Source: a virus (Duplodnaviria > Caudoviricetes). From it: a stretch of 31,578 bases of DNA. This document shows positions 1-9,354 of this stretch, one piece after another; within the stretch, counting starts at the first letter, position 1; each line of letters opens with the position of its first letter. The stretch covers positions 1 through 31,578 of the IMG/VR virus record IMGVR_UViG_3300020042_009391; one strand, given 5' to 3'. The translations under genes and the position numbers were made by a program. The notes under the pieces were generated by a model. The model had not been told where the DNA came from. It searched no databases and saw nothing but the letters and a program-made list of their open reading frames with translations.

Positions 1-2
1 TC

Positions 3-74
3 GATTCAATGATGTACATAGTGATTGCAGGATTAGGTTTCACAGCATCAGAAAAATTTACTAAAAAGGAATAA
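3..74 (+). CDS. 3' end of a small membrane protein (partial, possibly holin-like)
   Basis: Open frame from the window edge, DSMMYIVIAGLGFTASEKFTKKE*: hydrophobic stretch plus basic tail, stop 2 nt before the next gene. Confidence 0.55.
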   Translation, partial: DSMMYIVIAGLGFTASEKFTKKE

Positions 75-76
75 AT

Positions 77-283
77 ATGAAATCAATAGTACTATCTATA
101 GCCTTACTATTTGGTATGTCAGCTGCAGTTTACGCCGAAGCAGAAAAGACTAAGGTATGCGTCGATGTCAAAGACAAAGAAGGCAAGCCTGTTAAAGATG
201 CTAAAGGTAAAGTCAAGCAAAATTGCAAAGAAATGAAAGTTCATAAGAAGCTCGATGGAACCGCAGTACCAGAGAAGAAATGA
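77..283 (+). CDS. small secreted protein with signal peptide and two Cys
   Basis: RBS AAGGA upstream; N-terminal signal peptide ending AVYA; Lys-rich mature part. Confidence 0.75.
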   Translation: MKSIVLSIALLFGMSAAVYAEAEKTKVCVDVKDKEGKPVKDAKGKVKQNCKEMKVHKKLDGTAVPEKK

Positions 284-293
284 GTTAAAGAAA

Positions 294-527
294 ATGGAAC
301 TTTTCGATACAACCTCGAGGATTGCTGTCTTGGAAAATCAACTTAATAATTTAGGATCTGAATTGAAAGAATTCAGGCACGACTCGAAAGAGCAACACAA
401 ACAAATGATGGAAAAAATTGACGACATTGATAGGCGTTTAAACACGATTGAAAAATGGCGTTGGATGATCATTGGTGGTGCGGCTGTATTAGGGTTCTTA
501 TTCTCTCACTTCATTAAGTACAATTAA
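294..527 (+). CDS. coiled-coil protein with C-terminal transmembrane helix (XhlA-like architecture)
   Basis: Heptad-rich N-terminus, then KWRWMIIGGAAVLGFLF; ATG 294 preferred over 255 because it avoids overlap. Confidence 0.7.
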   Translation: MELFDTTSRIAVLENQLNNLGSELKEFRHDSKEQHKQMMEKIDDIDRRLNTIEKWRWMIIGGAAVLGFLFSHFIKYN

Positions 528-534
528 GCAATAG

Positions 535-563
535 TAGATAATAAATGTAGGTTAATATACAAT
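535..563 (+). promoter_or_regulatory. sigma70-like promoter upstream of primase
   Basis: TAGATA-17 nt-TACAAT. Confidence 0.45.
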
Positions 564-591
564 CACTATGTGATGACTGAAAACCTATAAT

Positions 592-1614
592 ATGATCTAC
601 ATTGATAACAAGTACATCGGGCTGATATCAGCCCGTCTCCCCCTACTTAAACGCCGCAACGACTCCTATAACTTTAGGTGTGTGCTATGTGGCGACTCCC
701 AAACACATAAGCATAAGACCAGGGGCTACATTTACAAGAAAGACACTAGTATGCTGTACTACTGTCACAATTGTAATGCATCGATGTCATTTGGTAACTT
801 TCTAAAAATAATTGATTCAGAGCTACACAAAGAGTATGTTCAGGAAAAATTTGTTGAAAAGAATTCCACATCTAACGTAGTATCAAAGCCTGATATTACC
901 CAGATCGTAAGGCCTAAGTACATCACCAACTCCCCATTGAAGAAACTTAAGAAGGTATCCCAGCTGGATTGGGATCACCCAGTAAAGAAATATGTTAATA
1001 AACGTTTAATTCCAACAAAGTTTCACGCAAAGTTATTTTACGCGCCGAAATTTAAAAACTGGATAAACGAAATAATACCAGATAAGTTCGAAGGGGTGGT
1101 GCATGATGAGCCGCGGTTAATCATTCCACTAATAGATCAAGAGGAAAATTGTTTTGGAGTACAGGGTAGAGGGTTTAAGGCAGATGGCATACGATACATT
1201 ACAATTATATTTGATGATACCAGGCCAAAGATTTACGGATTAGATGCAGTTAATTTTAACGAGAGAGTATATGTTACTGAAGGTCCAATTGACTCCATGT
1301 TTCTTCCAAACGCCATTGCTATGGCAGGGTCAGATGGGGTAAGAGTTATCGAAGGATTGGCTGGTGTAAATAAAAGCAATGTAGTTTTTGTTTACGATAA
1401 TGAGCCACGTAATAAAGATATTTGTAGGATAATGGATAAAGTGATTGAGATGGGCTATAATGTAGCATTCTGGCCAGAACATATTGAGTATAAAGATATT
1501 AATGATATGGTGATTGGTGGACTAAAACCAGCCGATATTAAACTAATTATAGACAATAACACGTACGTAGACTTACAAGCAAAAATGAAAATGGTTACAT
1601 GGAGAAAGTCATGA
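592..1614 (+). CDS. gp61: T4-like DNA primase
   Basis: N-terminal Zn finger (FRCVLCGDS...YYCHNC); TOPRIM motifs VTEGPIDSMF, YDNEPRN, KDINDM; 340 aa. Confidence 0.95.
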   Translation: MIYIDNKYIGLISARLPLLKRRNDSYNFRCVLCGDSQTHKHKTRGYIYKKDTSMLYYCHNCNASMSFGNFLKIIDSELHKEYVQEKFVEKNSTSNVVSKPDITQIVRPKYITNSPLKKLKKVSQLDWDHPVKKYVNKRLIPTKFHAKLFYAPKFKNWINEIIPDKFEGVVHDEPRLIIPLIDQEENCFGVQGRGFKADGIRYITIIFDDTRPKIYGLDAVNFNERVYVTEGPIDSMFLPNAIAMAGSDGVRVIEGLAGVNKSNVVFVYDNEPRNKDICRIMDKVIEMGYNVAFWPEHIEYKDINDMVIGGLKPADIKLIIDNNTYVDLQAKMKMVTWRKS

Positions 1615-1799
1615 GAATATTAAGCGAATTTATTAGTGAGGATGGGGAAAGAACAGCCACTGTTCTATATGTTAATGAGACATCATTCTGTATAGAAATG
1701 TATGAACATAAAGATATAATTGAACGGAGATTTATAGATAATCATACCCTTCAATACTGTGAAGATTGTGCAGAGAATTGGGTCAATGGGATTATCTAA
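1611..1799 (+). CDS. hypothetical protein
   Basis: ATGA overlap with the primase stop and TAATG overlap with thyX. Confidence 0.7.
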   Translation: MRILSEFISEDGERTATVLYVNETSFCIEMYEHKDIIERRFIDNHTLQYCEDCAENWVNGII

Positions 1800-2488
1800 T
1801 GAAGGTAAGAGTAATAAGCTTTTCAAAGCCCTCCAAGGAGTTAATAAATGAAGGTCTCTACGACGTACAAGAGCTCATCGCATTCTGTGCTAGAGTCTCG
1901 AACCCTGCAAACCAATTTAACCTCCAAACCTCAGAAAAACTCATCAAATACCTCATCAAGCACCAGCACTGGAGCCCCCTTGAGATGTGCAGCGTCTGCC
2001 TTGAAATCGAAACCACAAGAGATATCGCGCGGCAAATCCTCAGACATCGAAGTTTCAGTTTCCAAGAGTTTAGTCAGCGCTACGCAGACCCAACAAAGGA
2101 TTTACAATTTGTACATCGAGACATACGATTACAAGACCACGACAATAGACAGAACAGCGTAGAGGTAGACCTTAGGAATGATGAGCATAGATTTATGGCT
2201 TATCAATGGGAGAACATGCAGAAACGGGTGATCGAGGCGGCGTTAGATGCCTACAACTGGGCAATAGACAACGGGGTAGCCAAGGAGCAAGCGCGGGCTG
2301 TACTACCAGAGGGACTCACCATGTCACGCATGTACATGAACGGAACCCTACGTTCATGGATTCACTATATACAACTACGATCATCCAACGGCACCCAAAA
2401 AGAACATATTGAAGTAGCTAAAGCATGCGCCGAGGTGATATCAGAAGTGTTTCCACTAACACAACAACTAATACAAAACGGAGAATAA
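1799..2488 (+). CDS. thyX: flavin-dependent thymidylate synthase
   Basis: ThyX motif RQILRHRSFSFQEFSQRY, plus HWSPLE and EQARAVLP. Confidence 0.95.
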   Translation: MKVRVISFSKPSKELINEGLYDVQELIAFCARVSNPANQFNLQTSEKLIKYLIKHQHWSPLEMCSVCLEIETTRDIARQILRHRSFSFQEFSQRYADPTKDLQFVHRDIRLQDHDNRQNSVEVDLRNDEHRFMAYQWENMQKRVIEAALDAYNWAIDNGVAKEQARAVLPEGLTMSRMYMNGTLRSWIHYIQLRSSNGTQKEHIEVAKACAEVISEVFPLTQQLIQNGE

Positions 2489-4303
2489 ATGGAACAGACA
2501 GTTCACGGTATCAGGGTAGACTATTCTCGCGATGCTTTGTTTGATGAATTAGGTATCAAACGTTTACGCGAGTCATATATGAAGGATGACGAGCAATCAC
2601 CACAAGAAAGGTTTGCTTATGTTTCTAAGGCGTTTGGCACCAATGATGCGCATGCCCAAAGGCTTTACGAATACTCTAGTAAACATTGGCTGTCGTATTC
2701 TACCCCCATTCTTTCTTTTGGTCGCAGCGCCCGTGGTCTTCCTATTTCTTGTTTTCTTCCATATCTACATGACAGTAGCGCAGGGTTGGTCGATTGTCTA
2801 TCGGAAGTTAACTGGCTGAGTATGCTAGGTGGAGGAGTAGGAATTGGTATTGGGATTCGTTCTGCTGATGACAAATCTGTTGGTGTTATGCCTCATTTGC
2901 GCACTTATGATGCATCCTCACTCGCCTACCGCCAAGGGAGGACTCGCCGCGGTAGTTATGCTGCTTACTTGGATATCTCTCACCCCGACATTCTTATATT
3001 TCTTGAGATGAGAAAACCAACTGGCGATCCCAATATGAGGACCCAGAACTTACACCACGGCATTAACATTACCGATGACTTTATGTTCAAGGTTGAGAAG
3101 AGTATGTTAGATCCTCTTGCCGATGATACCTGGGAGTTAAAAGACCCACATAACGGTGAGGTAAGGGAGGTAGTATCGGTCAGAGACTTATGGCAGCGCA
3201 TCCTAGAGACCAGGATGCTTACTGGGGAACCATACATTCATTTTATTGATACAAGCAATAAAGCAATGCACCAATTTCAGAAGGACTTAGGTCTTAGTAT
3301 CAAACAATCCAACCTATGTTCTGAAATCATTTTACCAACAGATAAAGATAGAACAGCTGTATGCTGTCTATCGTCAGTTAACTTGGAGTACTATGATGAG
3401 TGGAAAAACGATCCTACTTTTCTTCATGATGTCGCTGAAATGCTTGACAATGTTCTTCAGTATTTTATTGATCATGCACCTTCCGCCGTTGAGCGTGCAA
3501 GGTACTCTGCCACTCGCGAGCGCAGCATTGGTGTCGGTGCTTTGGGTTGGCATGCTTATTTACAGCGTAATAACATACCGTGGGAATCAGCCCTGGCGGT
3601 TGGAAGAAACCATCAAATCTTCAAACACATAAAAAGTAAACTAGATGAAGCTAACCTATCACTCGGCAGTACTAGGGGCGAGGCTCCTGATTGCCATAAT
3701 ACTGGTCGTAGATTCGCTCATACTATGGCTATTGCCCCTAATGCTAGCTCTTCCATCCTTATGGGCAATACAAGTCCTTCTATTGAACCTTACCGCGCTA
3801 ATGCATATAGACAAGACACATTAAGCGGTTCATCGTTGAATAAGAACAAGTGGTTTGATAAGGTTATTGTTAAATACTTACAGCAAGGCAATCCAGAGCA
3901 GGCTTGGGATCAAGCAGAAGCGGATAAAATTTGGTCTTCCATTATTGCCAATGATGGTAGTGTTCAGCATCTGGATTGGGTGGATGATTGGACAAAGGAT
4001 GTATTTAAAACGGCAATGGAAATTGACCAGCGTTGGGTAATACAACACGCCTCAGATAGACAACAATACATTGATCAAGCACAGTCACTTAACATATTCT
4101 TCCGCCCAGATGTTAACATCATGTACCTACACGCCGTTCACTTCCAGGCATGGAAGCAAGGATTGAAGACATTATATTATTGCCGGAGTGAGAAGCTTGC
4201 AAAGGCTGATAAAGTATCTAAGAGAATCGAGCGTCAGGTTATACAAGAATTAGATCTTAAAGCGCTTGCCGAGGGTGATGTCTGTCTTGCATGTGAGGGT
4301 TAA
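2489..4303 (+). CDS. nrdA: class I ribonucleotide reductase alpha subunit (no N-terminal ATP cone)
   Basis: PISCF, SNLCSEI, VCCLSSVN, AIAPNASSS, GLKTLYYCR, C-terminal CLACEG. Confidence 0.96.
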   Translation: MEQTVHGIRVDYSRDALFDELGIKRLRESYMKDDEQSPQERFAYVSKAFGTNDAHAQRLYEYSSKHWLSYSTPILSFGRSARGLPISCFLPYLHDSSAGLVDCLSEVNWLSMLGGGVGIGIGIRSADDKSVGVMPHLRTYDASSLAYRQGRTRRGSYAAYLDISHPDILIFLEMRKPTGDPNMRTQNLHHGINITDDFMFKVEKSMLDPLADDTWELKDPHNGEVREVVSVRDLWQRILETRMLTGEPYIHFIDTSNKAMHQFQKDLGLSIKQSNLCSEIILPTDKDRTAVCCLSSVNLEYYDEWKNDPTFLHDVAEMLDNVLQYFIDHAPSAVERARYSATRERSIGVGALGWHAYLQRNNIPWESALAVGRNHQIFKHIKSKLDEANLSLGSTRGEAPDCHNTGRRFAHTMAIAPNASSSILMGNTSPSIEPYRANAYRQDTLSGSSLNKNKWFDKVIVKYLQQGNPEQAWDQAEADKIWSSIIANDGSVQHLDWVDDWTKDVFKTAMEIDQRWVIQHASDRQQYIDQAQSLNIFFRPDVNIMYLHAVHFQAWKQGLKTLYYCRSEKLAKADKVSKRIERQVIQELDLKALAEGDVCLACEG

Positions 4304-4305
4304 TC

Positions 4306-4932
4306 ATGTCATTTCTAGTAGCAAATCTACCTACCGTTAGATGTTATGTACGTAAAGAGTTTTTGTACGACTTTACAAAAGGATTTGGCGAGTTGGTACC
4401 ATGTTGGTGGATCAGTATAAAATCTATGCGAGGTCAAGCCTTCCGCATAGAGGCATACTTAAACGAATATGGTGCACTCTACGACAAGTTACCGCTACAC
4501 GCCTTCTGTTGGAAACAAATTGAAGACGATCCTCTCCCACTAGACTATCTACAGTTATGGGACTGCATATCATATGATATAACAGTTATAAAAAAAGCAC
4601 AGTTACAATCCATGAAATGTAAGTTTAAGCTTAAATCAGGAGGATGGATGTATGGTGAGTATCTATTTACAGTGGACTCTTGTCATCCAGATTTCAACGT
4701 TTTGGACACTGGATTATCTGAAGACATTGAAGATCACAAATCGTTTAACATCATTAAGTGTGATAACGGCCAGTTTGCTGCTCAACCTAATAACCGTCTT
4801 ATTGTTCTTGAACCAAGTAGTAATCCTAAAGAATTAAAGATGCCTGACTTCAGGGTAGCTACAAAACGCTGGTCAGTAGAAACGGATTCAAAATGGGCAT
4901 TAGGAAGTACGAATACGGTTATGTATGAGTAG
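4306..4932 (+). CDS. conserved phage hypothetical protein
   Basis: 208-aa ORF tightly packed between nrdA and the next gene; function not recognised. Confidence 0.8.
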   Translation: MSFLVANLPTVRCYVRKEFLYDFTKGFGELVPCWWISIKSMRGQAFRIEAYLNEYGALYDKLPLHAFCWKQIEDDPLPLDYLQLWDCISYDITVIKKAQLQSMKCKFKLKSGGWMYGEYLFTVDSCHPDFNVLDTGLSEDIEDHKSFNIIKCDNGQFAAQPNNRLIVLEPSSNPKELKMPDFRVATKRWSVETDSKWALGSTNTVMYE

Positions 4933-5566
4933 ACCTGTTATAGCACTATTCTTACACCAACCCAAATGCTCAGTACAATGCGGTAACGGTATAATGAAAG
5001 CGCTAGATGATAGTTACAGGTTTAAAATTTTTGCCAAGCAGGAAATAGAAGACGACTTTTTTAATGATGTGGATATGGTTGCATTTCCAGGAGGTGTAGG
5101 AGATTCAGATAGCTGGGACTCCTTACTTAAAGGTAACTTAAAACTAGTTCATAATTACATTAAAGGTGGAGGTAGGTATCTTGGTATTTGTATGGGTGCT
5201 TATTGGGCGGGGAAGGAATATTTTAATATTTTAAAAGACGTTAAGGTAGAGCAGTATATTAAAAGACCAAACACTGATACGAGAAGGCCGCATGCAAAGG
5301 CAATGAATGTGAAGTGGCTTGGTAAGGAAGAAAAAATGTTCTTCTTTGATGGTTGCGCCTTTGAGGGAAATAATTATGATACTATTGCTACCTACCCTAA
5401 CGGGGATGCAATGGCTATCATGCAAGGAAGAATTGGATTGATCGGGTGTCATCCAGAGAGTGAGTCAGGCTGGTATACATACCACTCATGGATGAAGAAT
5501 CATTATCATAATGGAGAACATCATAAACTGCTATTAGATTTTGCAAACAAATTAATAAAACAATAA
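4925..5566 (+). CDS. class I glutamine amidotransferase-like (BPL_N-type) protein
   Basis: FPGGVG, YLGICMGAY nucleophile elbow, GCHPE. Confidence 0.8.
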   Translation: MSRPVIALFLHQPKCSVQCGNGIMKALDDSYRFKIFAKQEIEDDFFNDVDMVAFPGGVGDSDSWDSLLKGNLKLVHNYIKGGGRYLGICMGAYWAGKEYFNILKDVKVEQYIKRPNTDTRRPHAKAMNVKWLGKEEKMFFFDGCAFEGNNYDTIATYPNGDAMAIMQGRIGLIGCHPESESGWYTYHSWMKNHYHNGEHHKLLLDFANKLIKQ

Positions 5567-5574
5567 AGGAAAAA

Positions 5575-6015
5575 ATGAAAAGAATAATTACTATCCTTAT
5601 AGCTGCATGCATGGTATTACCTGCACTAGCACAGAAGCAAAAAATAGGTGTTACGTATGATGCTAATATTACAAGAGTAATAGATGGTGATACGGTTGCG
5701 TTTGAAGCTAATTGGTTACCTGAACCCTTAAAGAAAGAATTGTCTATCAGAGTATACGGAGTAGATACACCTGAGAAAAGTTTTAGAGCAAAATGTGCAA
5801 GTGAAGAAGCAAGGGGCCAGGCCGCTTCAGCATTCACCAAGCAAATGATCAGTCAAGCCCAAAAACGTCAAGTTGTGTTAATGGACTGGGACAAGTACGG
5901 TGGTCGGGTTTTAGGTGATGTGTTGCTTAATGGGCAGAGTTTGCGTATAATGCTAATACAAAATGGATATGCTCGTGAATACTACGGAGAAGCTAAAACT
6001 AGCTGGTGCGAATAA
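5575..6015 (+). CDS. staphylococcal nuclease-like (thermonuclease) protein with signal peptide
   Basis: RVIDGDTV, IRVYGVDTPE, DKYGGRVLG; hydrophobic N-terminus ending ALA. Confidence 0.9.
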   Translation: MKRIITILIAACMVLPALAQKQKIGVTYDANITRVIDGDTVAFEANWLPEPLKKELSIRVYGVDTPEKSFRAKCASEEARGQAASAFTKQMISQAQKRQVVLMDWDKYGGRVLGDVLLNGQSLRIMLIQNGYAREYYGEAKTSWCE

Positions 6016-7004
6016 TGATTACTAAGAAAAAAACTAGACTAACAGACGAAAGAACGTACTTTAAGCCCTTTAACTACCCATGGGCTTATGATGCGTGGTT
6101 AAAGCATGAGCAAAGTCACTGGCTTCATACCGAGGTGCCGATGCTTGAGGATGTTCAGGATTGGAAGAAGAAGTTAACACAGGAAGAAAAACAATTCCTA
6201 ACCCACATCTTTAGATTCTTTACCCAGGGTGATATTGATGTAGCTGGTGGTTACGTTAATAACTATCTACCCCACTTCCCTCAACCAGAAGTACGAATGA
6301 TGCTGGCAGGTTTTGCCGCACGAGAGGCACTACACATTGCTGCATACAGTCACTTAATTGAGACCCTAGGACTACCGGAATCAATGTACAATCAGTTTCT
6401 TGAATATCAAGAGATGAAGGATAAGCACGACTATGTGTTAGAGATTTCAAGTAAGAACGGTACCATAGAATCAACAGCAACCCACATTGCAGTATTCAGT
6501 GCATTCACTGAAGGCATGCAGCTATTCTCATCATTCATCATGCTATTGAACTTCCCACGTAATGGTAAGATGAGGGGCATGGGTCAAATTGTTACATGGT
6601 CAATTGTTGACGAAACTATGCATGCAGAGTCAATGATTAAATTATTCAGAACATACATAGAAGAAAATAAAGAAATCTGGAATGATGAACTCAAAGGTAA
6701 GATCTACACCATCGCAGAAAAAATGGTGGAGTTGGAAGATAGGTTCATTGATCTGGCTTTTGCTTTGGGGCCTATGGATGGTCTGGACGCTAATGACGTT
6801 AAACAATATATACGTTACATTGCCGATCGTCGTCTTATTAGCTTGGGCCTTAAGGGGATAATGAAGGTAAAAAGGAATCCTCTACCCTGGGTAGAGAATA
6901 TGATTAACGCACCGACCCACACCAATTTCTTTGAGAATCGTGCAACTGATTATGCAAAGGGCGCATTGAATGGTAGTTGGTCAGAAGTATGGGCTAAACA
7001 ATGA
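6015..7004 (+). CDS. nrdB: class I ribonucleotide reductase beta subunit
   Basis: FFTQGD, REALHIAAY, FTEGMQLFSSF, VDETMH di-iron ligands; C-terminal NFFENRATDY. Confidence 0.96.
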   Translation: MITKKKTRLTDERTYFKPFNYPWAYDAWLKHEQSHWLHTEVPMLEDVQDWKKKLTQEEKQFLTHIFRFFTQGDIDVAGGYVNNYLPHFPQPEVRMMLAGFAAREALHIAAYSHLIETLGLPESMYNQFLEYQEMKDKHDYVLEISSKNGTIESTATHIAVFSAFTEGMQLFSSFIMLLNFPRNGKMRGMGQIVTWSIVDETMHAESMIKLFRTYIEENKEIWNDELKGKIYTIAEKMVELEDRFIDLAFALGPMDGLDANDVKQYIRYIADRRLISLGLKGIMKVKRNPLPWVENMINAPTHTNFFENRATDYAKGALNGSWSEVWAKQ

Positions 7005-7186
7005 CAGAAAAGATCCCCCACATATGTTACGAATGTGATAGTGAGTTTTACGTATTTCCAATTTATGAGGAAAGTGAGATGGCAGACATTTCATTTTGCC
7101 CCTATTGCGGATCAGAATTAGAGTCTGTAGAAGATGATGAGCCTGAGATAGAAGAGGAATATTTCGAAGATCCTGACGAGGAGTGA
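7001..7186 (+). CDS. small zinc-ribbon protein with acidic tail
   Basis: CYEC...CPYCG followed by an E/D-rich C-terminus. Confidence 0.75.
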   Translation: MTEKIPHICYECDSEFYVFPIYEESEMADISFCPYCGSELESVEDDEPEIEEEYFEDPDEE

Positions 7187-7204
7187 TACATAGTCATCTA
7201 AAGG

Positions 7205-7768
7205 ATGACTATGAGTACATTAGGAATTGATTTATCATTAACCTCTCCATCACTATGCATATTTGATAACAAAGGTACATTTGACATTAGTCGGTGTACC
7301 TTTTATTACTATACAAGTGTAAAGAAAACTATTACCAGCAACACCACGTTTAAGGGTGAGTTGTATCCTGAGTTTACGTACCCAGAAGAACGCTACAACA
7401 ACATTTCAAACTGGATACTAGATAAGGTAGTTAAACATAAAGTGGAGTGCGTATACATTGAGGGATACGCGTTTAATGCTGTTGGTAGGGTGTTCCAAAT
7501 AGCCGAAAATACCGGAGTACTCAAATACAGACTTTGGGCTAACAATCTCAATTGCATTACTGTCCCGCCTACTGTAATAAAGAAGTTTGCAACCGGCAAA
7601 GGTAACGCAAACAAAGAAGCAATGCAGGACAGCTTTATTTCTGAGACTGGCATTAATTTAAAAGATATCCTACAATTGACTGATAAGCAATGGAATCCAT
7701 CTTCGGATATCATTGATAGTTATTATGTCTGTAAGTACGGGGTATCAGAAAATGGCAAAGAAAAGTAG
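7205..7768 (+). CDS. RuvC-like Holliday junction resolvase
   Basis: LGIDLSLT, VYIEGY, PTVIKKFATGKGNANK, SDIIDS acidic catalytic motifs. Confidence 0.85.
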   Translation: MTMSTLGIDLSLTSPSLCIFDNKGTFDISRCTFYYYTSVKKTITSNTTFKGELYPEFTYPEERYNNISNWILDKVVKHKVECVYIEGYAFNAVGRVFQIAENTGVLKYRLWANNLNCITVPPTVIKKFATGKGNANKEAMQDSFISETGINLKDILQLTDKQWNPSSDIIDSYYVCKYGVSENGKEK

Positions 7769-7982
7769 TAGTGGTGTTCCTTACGTTATGCCGTCAGGCA
7801 AGCCTACATATAATTTCGTAAAAGATGCAATAAATATCAAGGTATACTACAATAGCAAACTAGTAGAGATATTTCAGACTGCATCAGGTCATACCCAGCG
7901 TATGACTATGAATCATAACGATTACGAAAATTTTGAGAATAGACTTAAGAATAACGGATTTAAAGTTCTGGCGTTAGTATAA
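7752..7982 (+). CDS. hypothetical protein
   Basis: ORF starting MAKKSS; its 3' end overlaps tRNA-Arg. Confidence 0.6.
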   Translation: MAKKSSSGVPYVMPSGKPTYNFVKDAINIKVYYNSKLVEIFQTASGHTQRMTMNHNDYENFENRLKNNGFKVLALV

Positions 7983-8042
7983 TGGACAATACAGTAGGCT
8001 TCTACCCTTCTAATGGGAGTTCGATTCTCTCACGCCGGACCA
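7968..8042 (+). tRNA. tRNA-Arg(TCT)
   Basis: Acceptor CTGGCGT/ACGCCGG, loop CT-TCT-AC, T-loop TTCGATT, encoded CCA. Confidence 0.88.
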
Positions 8043-8048
8043 TTTATT

Positions 8049-8258
8049 ATGCAAGCATATCGTAAACAACCCACCTTTAATGTTAAGCAAAACGTTTCAC
8101 TTTTTAACAAGATTACTAATGATACCTTCATTGGCGATATTGTGAACGAAGATGAGATCGAAGGCCGTCAATACTGGGTATTTTATTCTTACAGTCGTCC
8201 TAATAGCCGCCTACTAATGGCTAAGGACTCATATACAATAACTAAAGCTAAGAAATAG
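8049..8258 (+). CDS. hypothetical protein
   Basis: ATG just after the tRNA CCA; the longer start at 8013 lies inside the tRNA. Confidence 0.65.
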   Translation: MQAYRKQPTFNVKQNVSLFNKITNDTFIGDIVNEDEIEGRQYWVFYSYSRPNSRLLMAKDSYTITKAKK

Positions 8259-8287
8259 TTGATTTTAACTACGAACTAAGCTATTAT
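8259..8287 (+). promoter_or_regulatory. sigma70-like promoter
   Basis: TTGATT-17 nt-TATTAT. Confidence 0.6.
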
Positions 8288-8329
8288 CGAGACTGCCTAT
8301 CGGCAAACATTTATTATGAAAGGTAAATT

Positions 8330-8584
8330 ATGAACCAAAAATCTAAACTACGTAAGGCTTTCTTCGAAGGCCGTTCTTTGACTGCCAAGCAAATTACCGC
8401 CCAGTTCGGTATTGCTTCTCCTGGTAAGATTGTCAGCCAACTTCGTTTGGAAGACGGCTTGCCAATTTACAACGACCGTAACGTTGATACCAAGGGTCGT
8501 GTAACTAACAAGTACCACATGGGCACTCCAAGCCGCAAGATCATTGCTGCTGGCTACCGTGCACAAGCAATGGGACTTGTTTAA
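8330..8584 (+). CDS. small basic HTH-like DNA-binding protein
   Basis: RBS AAAGG; LTAKQITAQFGIASPGKIVSQLR helix-turn-helix pattern; own promoter and terminator. Confidence 0.75.
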   Translation: MNQKSKLRKAFFEGRSLTAKQITAQFGIASPGKIVSQLRLEDGLPIYNDRNVDTKGRVTNKYHMGTPSRKIIAAGYRAQAMGLV

Positions 8585-8606
8585 TTTAGCGTAAGCTAGT
8601 ATAATC

Positions 8607-8630
8607 AGGGGACTTCGGTCCCCTTTTTTT
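8607..8630 (+). terminator. rho-independent terminator with cUUCGg loop
   Basis: AGGGGAC-TTCG-GTCCCCT followed by a T run. Confidence 0.9.
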
Positions 8631-8641
8631 ATAGGATGTGT

Positions 8642-8935
8642 ATGGATGATAATGTTAGACTTAAAGAGGCAGCCCCCCTGGATACTCCTGAGGGTCGTCA
8701 GTGGTTAATTGATATGCTTAAGGCTAAACCTGCTAGTATCTCGTTTATCAAATCCGATGGTACAAAGCGGGTCATGCTTTGTACGCTACAGGAAGATGTA
8801 GTGCCGGTGATTGAAAAGAAAACAGATAAGGTTAAAACAGTTAGCACCGAGGTGTTACCAGTATATGATCTCGAAGCAAAGGGGTGGAGATCTTTCCGCC
8901 TAGATAGTATTTTAACGGTTACTTTTGATTTGTGA
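8642..8935 (+). CDS. WYL_2/Sm-like SH3-fold phage protein
   Basis: FIKSDGTKRVMLCTL...VYDLEAKGWRSFRLDSI. Confidence 0.8.
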   Translation: MDDNVRLKEAAPLDTPEGRQWLIDMLKAKPASISFIKSDGTKRVMLCTLQEDVVPVIEKKTDKVKTVSTEVLPVYDLEAKGWRSFRLDSILTVTFDL

Positions 8936-9354
8936 TGAAAACAGGTATTACCTTTGGTGCTTTTGATCTATGTCACACCGGTCACGTTCTTATGTTTGCA
9001 GAATGCAAGCAGCTTTGTGACTATCTAATAGTAGGATTACAGGTTGATCCTAGTCTAGAACGTAAAGAAAAAAACACCCCAGTCCAATCATTATACGAAC
9101 GATATGTACAGCTTAACGCAATTAAATATATTGATGAAATCATTCCTTACGCTTATGAGCACGAAATTATTCAAATACTGCAATCACGCAGTCTTAATGT
9201 CCGCTTTGTGGGTACTGATTACATTGATCGCGATTTTACTGGTAAAGACTGTTGCGTCAGCAGATCCATCGATCTATTCTTTAACAATAGAGATCATGGG
9301 TTCAGCACAACTGAATTGAGGAAGAGAATTGAAAGTTCTAATAACCGGAAGTAG
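8932..9354 (+). CDS. cytidylyltransferase-like nucleotidyltransferase (TagD/HldC fold)
   Basis: TFGAFDLCHTGH (HxGH), LIVGLQ, STTELRKRI. Confidence 0.88.
   Translation: MMKTGITFGAFDLCHTGHVLMFAECKQLCDYLIVGLQVDPSLERKEKNTPVQSLYERYVQLNAIKYIDEIIPYAYEHEIIQILQSRSLNVRFVGTDYIDRDFTGKDCCVSRSIDLFFNNRDHGFSTTELRKRIESSNNRK

Noticed and set aside
1799-7004. Introns, inteins or homing endonucleases in thyX, nrdA or nrdB
   Set aside because: All three ORFs are continuous and of normal length; no LAGLIDADG, HNH or GIY-YIG motifs seen.
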